This document shows, piece after piece, positions 1 to 10,824 of a stretch of 32,000 nt of DNA (position 1 is its first letter; each line of letters begins with the position of its first letter). Both the position numbers and the translations under genes were made by a program. The stretch is taken from contig NZ_CP088239.1 of the NCBI RefSeq assembly GCF_021054785.1, forward strand, positions 1,500,001 to 1,532,000. Reading direction: 5' to 3'. The DNA is from Tannockella kyphosi (GTDB lineage: Bacteria; Bacillota_I; Bacilli_A; Erysipelotrichales; Coprobacillaceae). The notes under the pieces were generated by a model that did not search any database, was not told the origin of the DNA, and was given only the letters and a program-made list of their open reading frames with translations.

Positions 1-241
1 TATAATAAGCTAAAAACAAACAAACACCTGTAATAAAACCTGCAGCCCATTGTTGTTTTGATAGATTACGAACATGCTTGCCAAATATAACAAGCATAAA
101 TAATGTTGCTAATGTAAAACGTACTGCAATTAGTGATGCTGGTGTTAAAAAATCAACCGCATTTTTCATCACTATAAAAGAACTCCCCCATATTAATGCT
201 GCTCCAAATAAAGCGCATTGTCCTAAAAATGAATTTTTCAT
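1..241 (-). CDS. EamA/DMT-family permease, N-terminal part (3' end lies outside the window)
   Basis: Not in the ORF track because it runs off the window. Minus-strand ATG at 241 follows GAGGGAGA. Translation MKNSFLGQCALFGAALIWGSSFIVMKNAVDFLTPASLIAVRFTLATLFMLVIFGKH... is a membrane N-terminus with the WGxxF-type signature common in EamA permeases. Confidence 0.5.
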   Translation of the reverse strand, partial: MKNSFLGQCALFGAALIWGSSFIVMKNAVDFLTPASLIAVRFTLATLFMLVIFGKHVRNLSKQQWAAGFITGVCLFLAYY

Positions 242-279
242 ATCTCCCTCTCTAAAAATAAAGGATACGTACGTATCCT

Positions 280-3021
280 TTATTTTACTACCTCATGGCA
301 ACGATGACATACACCATCTTCCATTTCTTCTGCTTCAAAATAATTCCAACAACGTGGACATTTATGTCCATCCATTTTTTCTACTAAGATATAACTTGTA
401 TCAAATTCTTCTAATGATGTATCTGATACTAATTCTACTTTCGAAACAATGAAATAACGAGCTAAATCTTTTTCTAAAGCACTCATATCTTGGTATTCTT
501 CTTTTAAACAAAGTTTTACTTTTGCTTCTAAAGATGAACCAATTACTTTTTCATTACGTAGTGTTTCAATTGATTTTAAAACATCTTTTCTTAATTCTAA
601 GAAACGATCAAAATATGTTTCAATAGTTTCTTTGTCTTCTACTGTAATACGTGCTGGTAAATCTTCTAAGAAAATAGATTCTTCTTTTTCGTTATCACAA
701 TGGAAATGATCATGTAATTCTTCACTTGTAAATACTAATACTGGTGATAATAATTTCATAAATGCTTTTGCATGATGATATAATACTGTTTGCACTTCTC
801 TTCTTCTAGGAGAATTAGCTGCTTCAATATATAAAATATCTTTTGTAAAGTCCATATAGAATGCACTTAATACATTTGAGAAATAATTAATAATTGTTTG
901 TGTTGATTCAGCAAAATCAAAGTTTTCATAAGCATTATGATAATCTTCAATTACTTTATCTAATTTAATCATCATATATTTATCAACATCACTTAAAGAT
1001 TCTACACTTACTAAATCAGTTTCACTAAAATCATTTAAGTTCCCTAATACAAAACGCATAGTATTACGGATTTTACGATAACTTTCTGCTACTTGTTTCA
1101 TAATATCATCAGAAATACGTACATCTGACTGATAAGCACATGATGTAGCCCATAAACGTACAATATCAGCACCATATTGTTTTACTAGTTTTAAAGGATC
1201 TACTGTATTTCCTAAAGACTTAGACATCTTATTTCCTTTTCCATCTAAGACAAATCCATGAGAAAGAACTGTTTTATATGGTGCAAGTCCATAACAAGCT
1301 ACCCCTATAATTAAAGAAGAGTTGAACCAACCACGATATTGATCACTACCTTCAAAATATAAATCTACTGGATATTCAAACCCTCTTTCTTTCATACATC
1401 CTGTATGACTTGAACCAGAATCAAACCAAACATCCATAATATCTGTTTCTTTTTTATAAATACCATTAGGAGATAATTCATTCGTATAACCTTCTGGTAA
1501 TAAATCTAATACATCTCTTTCAAACCAAACATTTGATCCAAATTCTCTAAATAACTTAGAAATATGATCGAATACTTCTTTTTCAACAATTGGACTTCCA
1601 TCTTCTAAATAAATAATAGGAATTGGAACTCCCCAAGTTCTTTGTCTTGAAATACACCAATCACCACGATCTTTAATCATATTATAAATACGAACATGTC
1701 CCCATTGGTTAACCCATTTTACTTGGTCAATTTGATTTAAGATTTGTTCTCTAATTTTATCTACTGAACAGAACCATTGTGCTGTAGCACGGAAGATAAC
1801 TGGTTTTTTAGTACGCCAATCATGTGGATAACTATGTTTGATCCATTCCATTTTTAATAAAGCACCTAATTCATCTAACGTTACCGCTACTGTTTTATTT
1901 GCAGTATCAACATGTTGACCAGCCAAGAATTCACCAGCTTCAGCCATTAAGTTTCCTTGTTCATCAACAGGACATAGTGGCTCTAAACCATACTTCATCC
2001 CAATATTAAAGTCATCTACCCCATGTCCTGGTGCCGTATGTACACATCCAGTACCAGCTTCATCTGTTACATGGTCACCTAAAATAACTAATGTATCTCT
2101 ATGATAATATTCTCCATAATCAAAGAATGGATGACGACAAGTAATACCTTCTAATTCAGATCCTTTATAACGAGCAATAACTTCACCAGATAATTCGAAT
2201 TTTTCTAATAATTGATCTTTTAGACTTTCTAAGAAAAGTAATTTTCCTTTTTCAGTTTCAACAACACAATATTCATAATTTGCATTTAAACAAATAGCAT
2301 TGTTTGCAGGAATAGTCCAAGGAGTAGTAGTCCAAATAACGAATCTTTCATCCCCATTTAACACACCTTTTGTATCTAATACATCAAAAGCAACAAAGAT
2401 AGTTGGAGACTTTACATCATGATATTCAATTTCTGCTTCAGCTAACGCTGATTCAGAAGAATAAGACCAGTATACAGGTTTTTTCCCTTTATAAATTAAA
2501 CCATCTAATGCCATTTTAGCAAATACATCGATTTGGTTTGCTTCAAATTCAGGTAATAAAGTTAAATAAGGATTATCATAATCACCAAATGTACCCATAC
2601 GAATTAATTGTTCTTTTTGATTTGCTACTTGTTCTAAAGCATATTCATGACATTTTCTACGGAAATCAGCAGTAGATAGTTCTTTTCTATTTACTCCTAA
2701 TTTTTGAATAGCGTTTTCAATAGGTAAACCATGTGTATCCCATCCTGGAATATATGGTACATAATGACCAGTCATTGTTTTATAACGAACAATAACATCT
2801 TTAATTACTTTGTTTAACATATGCCCAATATGCATACTTCCATTGGCATATGGAGGCCCATCATGGAATGTGTAAGCAGGTAAATCTTTGTTTTTTTCTA
2901 ATACTTTGTTGTATAAATCATTTTGATGCCATCTTTCTACATAACCAGGTTCTTTTGTAGGTAACTTCCCTTTCATTTCAAATGCTGTTTTAGGCATTAA
3001 TAACGTGTCTTTGTACTCCAT
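280..3021 (-). CDS. ileS: Isoleucine--tRNA ligase
   Basis: Class I aaRS motifs are present (PPYANGSMHIGH = HIGH, KMSKS) with a C-terminal CPRCW...CHRC zinc knuckle. Start moved to MEYKDTLLMP (ATG 3021), which has a GGAGAAAAAAAG RBS. The 24 upstream codons of the track ORF overlap the T-box terminator. Confidence 0.95.
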   Translation of the reverse strand: MEYKDTLLMPKTAFEMKGKLPTKEPGYVERWHQNDLYNKVLEKNKDLPAYTFHDGPPYANGSMHIGHMLNKVIKDVIVRYKTMTGHYVPYIPGWDTHGLPIENAIQKLGVNRKELSTADFRRKCHEYALEQVANQKEQLIRMGTFGDYDNPYLTLLPEFEANQIDVFAKMALDGLIYKGKKPVYWSYSSESALAEAEIEYHDVKSPTIFVAFDVLDTKGVLNGDERFVIWTTTPWTIPANNAICLNANYEYCVVETEKGKLLFLESLKDQLLEKFELSGEVIARYKGSELEGITCRHPFFDYGEYYHRDTLVILGDHVTDEAGTGCVHTAPGHGVDDFNIGMKYGLEPLCPVDEQGNLMAEAGEFLAGQHVDTANKTVAVTLDELGALLKMEWIKHSYPHDWRTKKPVIFRATAQWFCSVDKIREQILNQIDQVKWVNQWGHVRIYNMIKDRGDWCISRQRTWGVPIPIIYLEDGSPIVEKEVFDHISKLFREFGSNVWFERDVLDLLPEGYTNELSPNGIYKKETDIMDVWFDSGSSHTGCMKERGFEYPVDLYFEGSDQYRGWFNSSLIIGVACYGLAPYKTVLSHGFVLDGKGNKMSKSLGNTVDPLKLVKQYGADIVRLWATSCAYQSDVRISDDIMKQVAESYRKIRNTMRFVLGNLNDFSETDLVSVESLSDVDKYMMIKLDKVIEDYHNAYENFDFAESTQTIINYFSNVLSAFYMDFTKDILYIEAANSPRRREVQTVLYHHAKAFMKLLSPVLVFTSEELHDHFHCDNEKEESIFLEDLPARITVEDKETIETYFDRFLELRKDVLKSIETLRNEKVIGSSLEAKVKLCLKEEYQDMSALEKDLARYFIVSKVELVSDTSLEEFDTSYILVEKMDGHKCPRCWNYFEAEEMEDGVCHRCHEVVK

Positions 3022-3039
3022 CTTTTTTTCTCCTTTTTT

Positions 3040-3232
3040 CCTTAAAATAAAAAACGTCCTTCTAAAAAAAGGACGTAATATACGCGGTACCACCTTTATT
3101 CATGATAAATTCTATCATGCACTTCATTATCTTAACGCGATTAACGGCGGCCTCTACTTTGTTCAAAGCGCTACTCCAGAGTGATTCATTATAAATAACA
3201 TGTTAGTTTCCACCAAACACTAACTCTCTAAA
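3040..3232 (-). promoter_or_regulatory. T-box leader (Ile specifier AUC) with intrinsic terminator
   Basis: Read on the minus strand: an AGAGAG stem I base (~3224-3230), a specifier-loop-like GAAUCAC with AUC at 3183-3185, and an AGUA-type box. The T-box core GGUGGUACCGCG lies at 3083-3094. The terminator ACGUCCUU/AAGGACGU plus U-run lies at 3047-3077, immediately upstream of ileS. Confidence 0.85.
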
Positions 3233-3270
3233 AATGTTCTTTTATAAACAGTCTCTATCGTTGTATTTCT

Positions 3271-3708
3271 TTAATCTTCTTTTTTAGTAGTTTCTTCATT
3301 AATTAAATGAAAAATCTCAGACTCATCAATTGTTTCAATAATATCTTGTGACATTTTTTGAACAGATGCTCGAAACTTAATAGCTTGTCCTTTGAAATCT
3401 TCCATTTCTCCTGATAATGTACGAACATAATCCAAAGATTCTTTTAAAATCATATCTGCATTACGTTTAGCCTTATCAATCAGTTCACTCGCCTCTTTTA
3501 AAGCAAGTCTAGCTATCTCTTCATTCGTCTTTTCATTAATAGTGACACGATGGCTTAACAATGAATTTTGTTGGGTCAAATTATCAACTTCATCTTGTAA
3601 TTTATCAATAATTTCTTGTAGCTCTTTTTCGCGCTTATTTCTTCTTCGCATTTCTAAGTCTACTGATTCACGATCATAACCACCCAATCGCTTTTTAAGC
3701 ATTACCAT
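3271..3708 (-). CDS. divIVA: DivIVA-domain coiled-coil protein
   Basis: Short coiled-coil protein with an N-terminal GYDRESVD motif. It occupies the syntenic position between ylmH and ileS, as in Bacillus. Confidence 0.6.
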   Translation of the reverse strand: MVMLKKRLGGYDRESVDLEMRRRNKREKELQEIIDKLQDEVDNLTQQNSLLSHRVTINEKTNEEIARLALKEASELIDKAKRNADMILKESLDYVRTLSGEMEDFKGQAIKFRASVQKMSQDIIETIDESEIFHLINEETTKKED

Positions 3709-3720
3709 CTTCTCACCTCA

Positions 3721-4479
3721 CTATTTATAAAAATATCCCTCTACCACATAATTATCAGACTTCGTTTTACGTTGTGTATCTTGTAAAACAACACGACCAT
3801 GACGTTTTAGCGATATTATATCCTTATTATTACATAAAAAATTTATTTCTTCAACTTTTTTATGATTAACTTTCACAAAACCAGAACGAATATACTCACT
3901 CGCTTTTGCCCTTGAAATTTTATAAAAACTACTAACCACTTTATCCAATCGCAATGATGATACAATAAAAGTATGAATACTATACTCTTGCACTTTCATT
4001 ACTTCTTTATTCGATAAACGAATCGTTACACTTGCTCTTTTGATTTTTGTTAAAGATGCTTGCAAAAAACTAGACATTCCTTTATTACAAGCAACATAAA
4101 TACAATCATCTTCGATAACAATATCACCAAACATCTCTCGTTTTATACCTAAAGACATAAAAGCTCCTAAAACATCTTTATGACTTAGTGTATCAAACTT
4201 TTGATTATATTTAATTTCTACTAATTCATTTGAAAAATCTTCTTTTTCAATTTCATAATAACTAGGTGCCAATATCACTTTTTGATTTTCAGCATCCTTG
4301 ATTACACCACATTTTACAATTTGAACATCCGGATTATTCCCTATAATGGATGTGATAATAGACTGATGGTACGGATTTAAAAAATCAGTACATATCATAT
4401 TTTGTTTATAAACAACAGAATCTATATATCCCATTATTTTCTTTACAAAAACCTCTTCACCTTTAAAATGTTCGTACAT
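3721..4479 (-). CDS. ylmH: YlmH-family RNA-binding protein (S4 domain)
   Basis: C-terminal S4-like segment RLDKVVSSFYKISRAKASEYIRSGFVKVNHKKV, plus synteny sepF-ylmH-divIVA. Confidence 0.8.
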   Translation of the reverse strand: MYEHFKGEEVFVKKIMGYIDSVVYKQNMICTDFLNPYHQSIITSIIGNNPDVQIVKCGVIKDAENQKVILAPSYYEIEKEDFSNELVEIKYNQKFDTLSHKDVLGAFMSLGIKREMFGDIVIEDDCIYVACNKGMSSFLQASLTKIKRASVTIRLSNKEVMKVQEYSIHTFIVSSLRLDKVVSSFYKISRAKASEYIRSGFVKVNHKKVEEINFLCNNKDIISLKRHGRVVLQDTQRKTKSDNYVVEGYFYK

Positions 4480-4512
4480 ACAATAAGAAAGTATTAGCTT
4501 TCGCTAATACTT

Positions 4513-4938
4513 TTATTCCTCTTCGCCTTCTTCACGTTCTAATTCAATCGATCCTTGAACACGGAAATTCTTAGGTGTACATAAGAATATTTTAGGTCCA
4601 ATAACTTGAATATCTCCATCAATCGCAAAAATAACACCAGTTAAAAAATCTGTAATTCTTTTTGATTGATCTTTTTGTAAACGATGTAAGTTTACAATCG
4701 CTGCATTATTTGTACATAACAGTTCACCTATATCACGTCCATCACTGAAAGAACGTGGCTCGAATAAACTAACGTCACTTATATTACTCGCATCCAATGC
4801 ACGTAAGACATTACTTGCCTTTTCGCTCTTAGGTGTCTCAAACATACTTGTTTTTTGAGTTTCATGTTTTTCAGGTAAAATTCCTTCTTCATCATCTTCA
4901 TACATAAACCATTTTTTTACTTTTTCACCAACACTCAC
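4513..4938 (-). CDS. sepF: Cell division protein SepF
   Basis: Conserved SepF core FEPRSFSDGRDIGELL...AIVNLHRL...RITDFLTG..FAIDGDIQ, plus synteny. Confidence 0.85.
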   Translation of the reverse strand: MSVGEKVKKWFMYEDDEEGILPEKHETQKTSMFETPKSEKASNVLRALDASNISDVSLFEPRSFSDGRDIGELLCTNNAAIVNLHRLQKDQSKRITDFLTGVIFAIDGDIQVIGPKIFLCTPKNFRVQGSIELEREEGEEE

Positions 4939-5011
4939 TTTAGGTTACCCCCTTCAACTTTTTTATCATTATATCATAATTATTGCAAGTTTTAAAGATA
5001 GTTTTCTCGTA

Positions 5012-5251
5012 TTATTCATCGATTTGCACAAGAATAACATCGGAACCAATATTCATAACACAACGCATTGGAATCACCCAAGTTGGAGGCTCTTTAAAAA
5101 AACAAAATATTTTAAATAAAGTATCTTTTTCGACAACTAATGCATCAATTTTATAATTACACAAATCCACTTCTACATCAATAACATAACCTATCTTACG
5201 TCCATTCACTATATTCACAACATCTTTTGACTGCAATGTCACTAGTCTCAT
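5012..5251 (-). CDS. ylmC: YlmC/YmxH-family sporulation protein (PRC-barrel)
   Basis: 79-aa protein with L..KDVVN..NG.KIGYV.D.E.D and a position downstream of sigG. Confidence 0.75.
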   Translation of the reverse strand: MRLVTLQSKDVVNIVNGRKIGYVIDVEVDLCNYKIDALVVEKDTLFKIFCFFKEPPTWVIPMRCVMNIGSDVILVQIDE

Positions 5252-5276
5252 TTTATCACCTAGTATAACTCTATGT

Positions 5277-6050
5277 CTAAGCTAAAAGTTTATGTAAACT
5301 TTTTAATGCTTGTTTTTCGATTCTCGAAACCTGAGCTTGTGATAAAAATAATTCATTCGCTATTTCCATTTGGCTATTACCTTGGAAATACCTTTGTTCA
5401 ATTACAGTCTGTTCTTTTTTTGTCAATGTTTTAATTGCCTGCCATAAATCAATACTCTGCTTCATAATAGCACTATCACTTGCCTTGTTTTCAACCTGAT
5501 CAATTAGAGAAGTTGTCCCATCTTCAAAATTCGTCTCTTCTTGCAAAGATGCAACAACATTGGTAGAAGATAATGCTTCAACAATAATCTTTTCTTTTAA
5601 ATCTAATTTTTTAGCTAACTCACTTACCGTAGCTTCTCTTTGATGGCTTTGTAAAAACTTATCCTTTTCTTGCAATATTAAATAAGCAACATCTTTAATA
5701 GACCTAGCTATTTTTATTTGACTATTGTCACGGATATATCGTTTCATCTCACCAATTATTAACGGTACAGCATACGTCGAAAAACGTAGATTATAAGTCA
5801 AATCAAAATTATCAATTGCTTTCACTAAACCAATCATTCCAACTTGAAATAAATCATCCACATTGTCTACCCTTTGAACAAATCTTTTGGTCATTGATAA
5901 TACCAATCGGGTATTATCAATCACTAATTCTTCTTTTATTTTAGGATCACTTGATTCTTGATACTCTTTAATCAAGGCCATTGTTTCTTGATGTGTTAGT
6001 TTTTTACGATAAATATCTATATTGGAAATAGTTACTTTATAGTTTGCCAT
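5277..6050 (-). CDS. sigG: Sporulation sigma factor SigG (sigma-70 family)
   Basis: Sigma-70 regions 2-4 are present (DLFQVGMIGLVKAIDNFD, RYIRDN, C-terminal HTH). It lies directly after spoIIGA-sigE. Confidence 0.85.
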   Translation of the reverse strand: MANYKVTISNIDIYRKKLTHQETMALIKEYQESSDPKIKEELVIDNTRLVLSMTKRFVQRVDNVDDLFQVGMIGLVKAIDNFDLTYNLRFSTYAVPLIIGEMKRYIRDNSQIKIARSIKDVAYLILQEKDKFLQSHQREATVSELAKKLDLKEKIIVEALSSTNVVASLQEETNFEDGTTSLIDQVENKASDSAIMKQSIDLWQAIKTLTKKEQTVIEQRYFQGNSQMEIANELFLSQAQVSRIEKQALKSLHKLLA

Positions 6051-6101
6051 AATATGCCTTCTTTCAATAAGAGTGTTTGCAATTATGACAAATTTATACA
6101 G

Positions 6102-6791
6102 TTATTGTTGATTTAATGTACTTCTTAATTTTTTAATAATCTTTTTTTCTAATCTAGATATATAAGATTGTGATATACCTAACTTCTTAGCAAGATCTTT
6201 TTGTGTTATTTCTTCATTATTAAATAATCCATATCGTAACATTAATATTTCTTTTTCACGAGTAGAAAGATGTTGCAATGCTTCATAGAATTTTAAACGA
6301 TGATCCTTCTTCTCTATTTCTTGCATTATAATATCATCACTAGTACCAATAATATCCGATAATAACAGTTCATTTCCATCATAATCCACATTTAATGGTT
6401 CATCAAAAGAAACCTCTTGTCTTAGTTTATTATTCTTTCTCAAAAACATTAATATTTCATTTTCAATACATCTCGATGCATATGTTGCGAGTTTAATATT
6501 TTTATCTATTTTAAATGTATTAATAGCTTTCACTAATCCAATAGTTCCAATACTAATCAAATCTTCTAAACCTCCATTTTGTGCCGTATCATATTTTTTA
6601 GCCACATAAACAACCAACCTTAAATTATGTTCAATCAACAAATCTCTTGCTTCATGATCTCCTTGCACTAATAATTCCAATGCTTCCCTTTCTTTTTTAG
6701 CTTTTAAAGGTGCCGGTAAAACATCATGTCTACCAATATAATATAAACTTACTTTGTTATTAAAAAATTGACGTATCTTTTCAAATATCAT
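6102..6791 (-). CDS. sigE: Pro-sigma-E sporulation sigma factor
   Basis: N-terminal pro-sequence with [13 protein letters not shown], followed by sigma-70 region 2 ([17 protein letters not shown]). It overlaps the spoIIGA stop by 4 nt. Confidence 0.9.
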   Translation of the reverse strand: MIFEKIRQFFNNKVSLYYIGRHDVLPAPLKAKKEREALELLVQGDHEARDLLIEHNLRLVVYVAKKYDTAQNGGLEDLISIGTIGLVKAINTFKIDKNIKLATYASRCIENEILMFLRKNNKLRQEVSFDEPLNVDYDGNELLLSDIIGTSDDIIMQEIEKKDHRLKFYEALQHLSTREKEILMLRYGLFNNEEITQKDLAKKLGISQSYISRLEKKIIKKLRSTLNQQ

Positions 6792-7519
6792 AATATTCCT
6801 CCCATTAACTGATGATGCAACAAAACATCATAATCCATTTCATCTACCACACCTACATAAATATTTTTTAATTTTTGTTTGTTCACTACTATTTGTTCTA
6901 TCTTTGTGATATCAATTGTTCTTTGCTGAACCCCCGATGATTCTAGTTGATCCATTTCAAAATACCCTTCAATACAAGAAGAACGAATAATCATTAACGG
7001 AAAACCTTGATAATATAAGTTGTTTCCAGTATCTAAAAAAGCACTACCAATTATCTTTTCCCCTTTCCACCACAGTTCAAAATCATAGTAAAATTGATGA
7101 TTCCTCACTTTTCTTTTGCTATAAAGCAAAAATAACAACTCTAATAATGCCATTACGATAAGAACCATCCCATAATAAAAGATATTACATTGACTATCTA
7201 CCAAAAGAATTCCTTGAAAAAGAAAACTTCCTGTTATCAAAGAATGAAAAAAGAAAACAAGTGATAAATAGATAATTAAAAATATAGGAAAGTAAAGAAA
7301 TATTTGTTTTTGATACCACCATCCAAATAACAAAAACCAATAAAGAAACAATAAATAACAATCAACATATAATCCTAGCATTGCAAAAGACAACAAACCA
7401 CTTCTAAATAAAATCTCTTTTGTCCAAATAACTGTATTTAATAATACGGACATACTTTCTAAACTAATAACACAAGTAATAAATAACAAAAGATAAATCA
7501 TTTCTATATATATTTCCAT
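6788..7519 (-). CDS. spoIIGA: Sigma-E processing peptidase SpoIIGA
   Basis: Polytopic N-terminal membrane domain, C-terminal aspartic protease motif FLDTGN, and a position upstream of sigE. Confidence 0.8.
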   Translation of the reverse strand: MEIYIEMIYLLLFITCVISLESMSVLLNTVIWTKEILFRSGLLSFAMLGLYVDCYLLFLYWFLLFGWWYQKQIFLYFPIFLIIYLSLVFFFHSLITGSFLFQGILLVDSQCNIFYYGMVLIVMALLELLFLLYSKRKVRNHQFYYDFELWWKGEKIIGSAFLDTGNNLYYQGFPLMIIRSSCIEGYFEMDQLESSGVQQRTIDITKIEQIVVNKQKLKNIYVGVVDEMDYDVLLHHQLMGGIL

Positions 7520-7582
7520 CTCTCCTCACCCCTTTTTATCATACTTCTTAAAAGATGAAAAATTTGTAAAAAAAAAGTAACC

Positions 7583-8347
7583 TTAGTTACTTGATTTTTC
7601 TACAGCTTGAATAATAGCATTTCTAAACCCATTTTCTTCTAATGCTTTTACCCCTTTAATTGTTATTCCTCCTGGAGAACATACATTATCCTTTAAAACA
7701 CCTGGATGTATTTTTGTTTCTAACTGCATTGTTCCAGCTCCAATCATTGTTTGACTTGCTAATTTATAAGCAATATCTCGAGGAACTCCTTGTAAAACAG
7801 CACCATCTGCCAATGCTTCTATCATCATATAGAAAAATGCTGGACCACAACCACTGATAGCAGTTGCCCCTTTCATTTGATAAGTCGGTAAAATAACTAC
7901 TTCTCCAATGCTTTCAAACAAAGAAACAGCATATTCCATTTGTTGCTCATTGAAAGTATGCATTGCTTCTAATAAAGTCATTCCTTGGCTAACCATTGCT
8001 GGTGTATTTGGCATTACAGTTAAATGTGCACTACCTGGTAAAAAGCTTTCAATTCGTGAACAATCATATCCTGTAACAATAGAAATAATCAATTTATCTT
8101 GCACACTATCCTTTATTTTCTCTAAAACAGATTCCATCACATTTGGTTTAATAGCTAAAATAACAACATCTACTAACTCCACTAATTCTTTTTCACTATT
8201 TGTAGCATGAATAGCATAAGATTCAGCTATCTTATACGTTCCAATATCATATGCATAACAATCTTCCACTTTTAAAAAGTTTGCATCCATACAACCACTA
8301 GCTATCGCACTAGCCATATTACCCATTCCAATAAACCCTACTTTCAT
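7583..8347 (-). CDS. proC: Pyrroline-5-carboxylate reductase
   Basis: N-terminal Rossmann motif GFIGMGNMASAI and the C-terminal P5CR dimerisation signature SPGGITI. Confidence 0.9.
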   Translation of the reverse strand: MKVGFIGMGNMASAIASGCMDANFLKVEDCYAYDIGTYKIAESYAIHATNSEKELVELVDVVILAIKPNVMESVLEKIKDSVQDKLIISIVTGYDCSRIESFLPGSAHLTVMPNTPAMVSQGMTLLEAMHTFNEQQMEYAVSLFESIGEVVILPTYQMKGATAISGCGPAFFYMMIEALADGAVLQGVPRDIAYKLASQTMIGAGTMQLETKIHPGVLKDNVCSPGGITIKGVKALEENGFRNAIIQAVEKSSN

Positions 8348-8418
8348 ATCCCTCTTGTATTAGGAAATAATCTCCTAACTTTTCCTTTCCCTTTATAAAA
8401 AAAGCTAACATAGTTAGC

Positions 8419-9489
8419 TTATATTTTACGATTTCTTAAGAATGATGATGAGAATAAATCATCTTCCGAAGATTCTTCTTCTACTTCTTGAGATGCACTG
8501 CTATAAGTTGGACTTACAGGTACTTTTTCAACTTTCTCTTCTTTATCTTCTTCAAATCCAGTTGCAATGATAGTAACAATAATTTCATCACCTAATTGTT
8601 CATTAATAGCAATACCTAAATTTGTATTAATTTCTTTCCCTACTTCTTGAGTAATCACTTCTAAAGCAATACTAGCATCTAATAAAGATACTTCTGCTCC
8701 ACCTGTTACATTTACAATAGCATCAGATGCACCAGAAATAGAAATTTCTAATAATGGTGAATTAACAGCACGTTTTGCAGCTTCTTTTGCTTTATCTTCT
8801 CCAGACGCCATACCAATACCAATTAATGCATTTCCACGATCTTTCATCACTGAACAAACATCAGCAAAATCTAAGTTAATAAATGCTGGAATAGCAATTA
8901 AATCAGTAATTGTTTGTACTGCTTGACGTAATACATTATCAGCTTCTGTAAAAGCTTCACCCATTGGACGATTTCCAATTAAATGTAATAAACGTTCATT
9001 TGAAACAATAATAATAGAATCTACATTTTCACTTAATTCTTCTAATCCAGCATTCGCTAAATTTCTTTTTCTTCCACCTTCAAAATTAAAAGGTCTCGTA
9101 ATAACAGCAACTGTCAAAGCTCCTAATTCACGAGCAATTCTAGCAATAACAGGTGCCGCACCGGTACCAGTACCTCCACCCATACCAGCAGCAACAAATA
9201 CCATGTCTGCTCCTGATAAAGCTTCACGAATTTCTTCTTCTGATTCTAATGCAGCTTTACGTCCAACATCTGGATTACCACCTGCTCCTAATCCTTTTGT
9301 TAGGTTTTTCCCTAACGTAATACGATGTTCTACTGGAGAACGATGTAGTACTTGTTCATCTGTATTAGCAACGATGAAATCAACGCCTTTCACACCACTT
9401 TCAGTCATACGGTTTACAGCGTTATTTCCACCACCACCAACACCAATTACTTTTATTTTTGCGATTTCTTCATAAATCATTTCATCCAT
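8419..9489 (-). CDS. ftsZ: Cell division GTPase FtsZ
   Basis: Tubulin signature GGGTGTGAAPV, an N-terminal GVGGGGNNAVNRM motif, and an acidic/disordered C-terminal tail. Confidence 0.97.
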   Translation of the reverse strand: MDEMIYEEIAKIKVIGVGGGGNNAVNRMTESGVKGVDFIVANTDEQVLHRSPVEHRITLGKNLTKGLGAGGNPDVGRKAALESEEEIREALSGADMVFVAAGMGGGTGTGAAPVIARIARELGALTVAVITRPFNFEGGRKRNLANAGLEELSENVDSIIIVSNERLLHLIGNRPMGEAFTEADNVLRQAVQTITDLIAIPAFINLDFADVCSVMKDRGNALIGIGMASGEDKAKEAAKRAVNSPLLEISISGASDAIVNVTGGAEVSLLDASIALEVITQEVGKEINTNLGIAINEQLGDEIIVTIIATGFEEDKEEKVEKVPVSPTYSSASQEVEEESSEDDLFSSSFLRNRKI

Positions 9490-9506
9490 TGTTTCTTCCT
9501 CACTCT

Positions 9507-10763
9507 CTAGTCTTCATTAAATAACTGTTCTAGTACTTTCCCAAGTTTGATTGGTCCTGTGTTTTTTGTTTGTGTTTTTGTAAGTCCTTTAAATCGTAAG
9601 GACATTGTAGAGCTAACATCCGGTAATACTAAAGATGGTTTATATTTACCTAGTATCTTTGATCGCTCTACTAAATAATACATCATCCCTAATGCACCTA
9701 CTTGAGCTTGATCCCTTGCTCCAATCGTATCCGGTCGATAAATTCGAACAGGCGCTCTTAATATTTCACTAGCTACATGATCTAACAAAGTTAATTCACT
9801 GCCCCCACCTACTAATACAATTTCTTTATTATGCACTTGTTCAATGATTGCTAACTTCTCATGAATAACAGCCATCACTTCTTTTGCTTCTTCATTTAAG
9901 ATTCTTGTTAAATCTTCTTGTGTATAAACAATATCTTTTCCATCAACTACCGTCGTATGAATAATATCATTTTGACCAACATGTGCTTGCAATGAACCAT
10001 ATTTAATCTTATACGCTTCTGCTTGATTCATTGCTATTTGAAACTCACTAGCAATACGCTTTGTAAAATTATATCCTCCAACATTACATGTTGATAAATA
10101 ACTAATATAACCATCTTGGAAATAAGAGATAGTTGTCATCTTATAACCAAAATCAATTAAGATTGCTCCTTCTTGTAAATAAGCCATATCAAAAGCTTCT
10201 TTTGCACAAGAATAAGCATTTAAACCAATCTCCAACACCTCTACTCCTGCACCTTCTACCGCTTGTAAATAAGGATATAGAACAGACTTTGGTGATGTCA
10301 CAACCAAAGAATCAACAACTAATGATTTTGATTTCTTATTCAAAGGCACTTCATAACTAGATTCTCTATCCGTATGATAACAAACAGGAATAACAGAAAT
10401 AATCTCATCTTTGTTTGATTTACTTATTTTTGAACCTAATTGCAATGCTTTAATAACATTTTCACTTTCAACAATATCTTTTGTTAGTGTAACACTCCCA
10501 CTACCAGTATATAGTTTTGTATGTATACTCGGGACATTCAAAGCCACCGATGTAATTGTTGTATCTAAATCATGTTGAGCTTCTTGTAATAAATTACGAA
10601 TATCTCTACTTACTGCATTCACATCCACTATTTTACCTAACTTAACTCCATGACTAGGAATTTTCTTTGCAAATAAAATATGTATGTTTGATTTTAATGA
10701 TTCACCTACAAGTAGTTTGATTGTTGCACTACCAATATCTAGTACGACATATATATCTTTCAT
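9507..10763 (-). CDS. ftsA: Cell division protein FtsA
   Basis: Actin-like ATPase motifs (LDIGSATIKLLVGE, ILIDFG, LVGGGSEL) and a position immediately upstream of ftsZ. Confidence 0.95.
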   Translation of the reverse strand: MKDIYVVLDIGSATIKLLVGESLKSNIHILFAKKIPSHGVKLGKIVDVNAVSRDIRNLLQEAQHDLDTTITSVALNVPSIHTKLYTGSGSVTLTKDIVESENVIKALQLGSKISKSNKDEIISVIPVCYHTDRESSYEVPLNKKSKSLVVDSLVVTSPKSVLYPYLQAVEGAGVEVLEIGLNAYSCAKEAFDMAYLQEGAILIDFGYKMTTISYFQDGYISYLSTCNVGGYNFTKRIASEFQIAMNQAEAYKIKYGSLQAHVGQNDIIHTTVVDGKDIVYTQEDLTRILNEEAKEVMAVIHEKLAIIEQVHNKEIVLVGGGSELTLLDHVASEILRAPVRIYRPDTIGARDQAQVGALGMMYYLVERSKILGKYKPSLVLPDVSSTMSLRFKGLTKTQTKNTGPIKLGKVLEQLFNED

Positions 10764-10824
10764 TGCGTTCCTCCTATTTTCACTTAATTAAATTATAGCA
10801 TAATTTTTTTTAGATTAAAACACA

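Noticed and set aside
78-452. 124-aa plus-strand ORF at the left edge
   Set aside because: It lies antisense to the ileS 3' end and to the EamA-like gene start. It has low-complexity AT-codon composition and no RBS, so it is most likely a shadow ORF.
3022-3093. N-terminal 24-codon extension of ileS in the ORF track
   Set aside because: The extension (MVPRILRPFFRR...) is the translated T-box terminator/antiterminator region. The conserved IleRS N-terminus and RBS begin at 3021.
7660-8210. Two plus-strand ORFs (65 and 100 aa) inside proC
   Set aside because: They are antisense to a well-supported gene, with no RBS and no recognisable domains.
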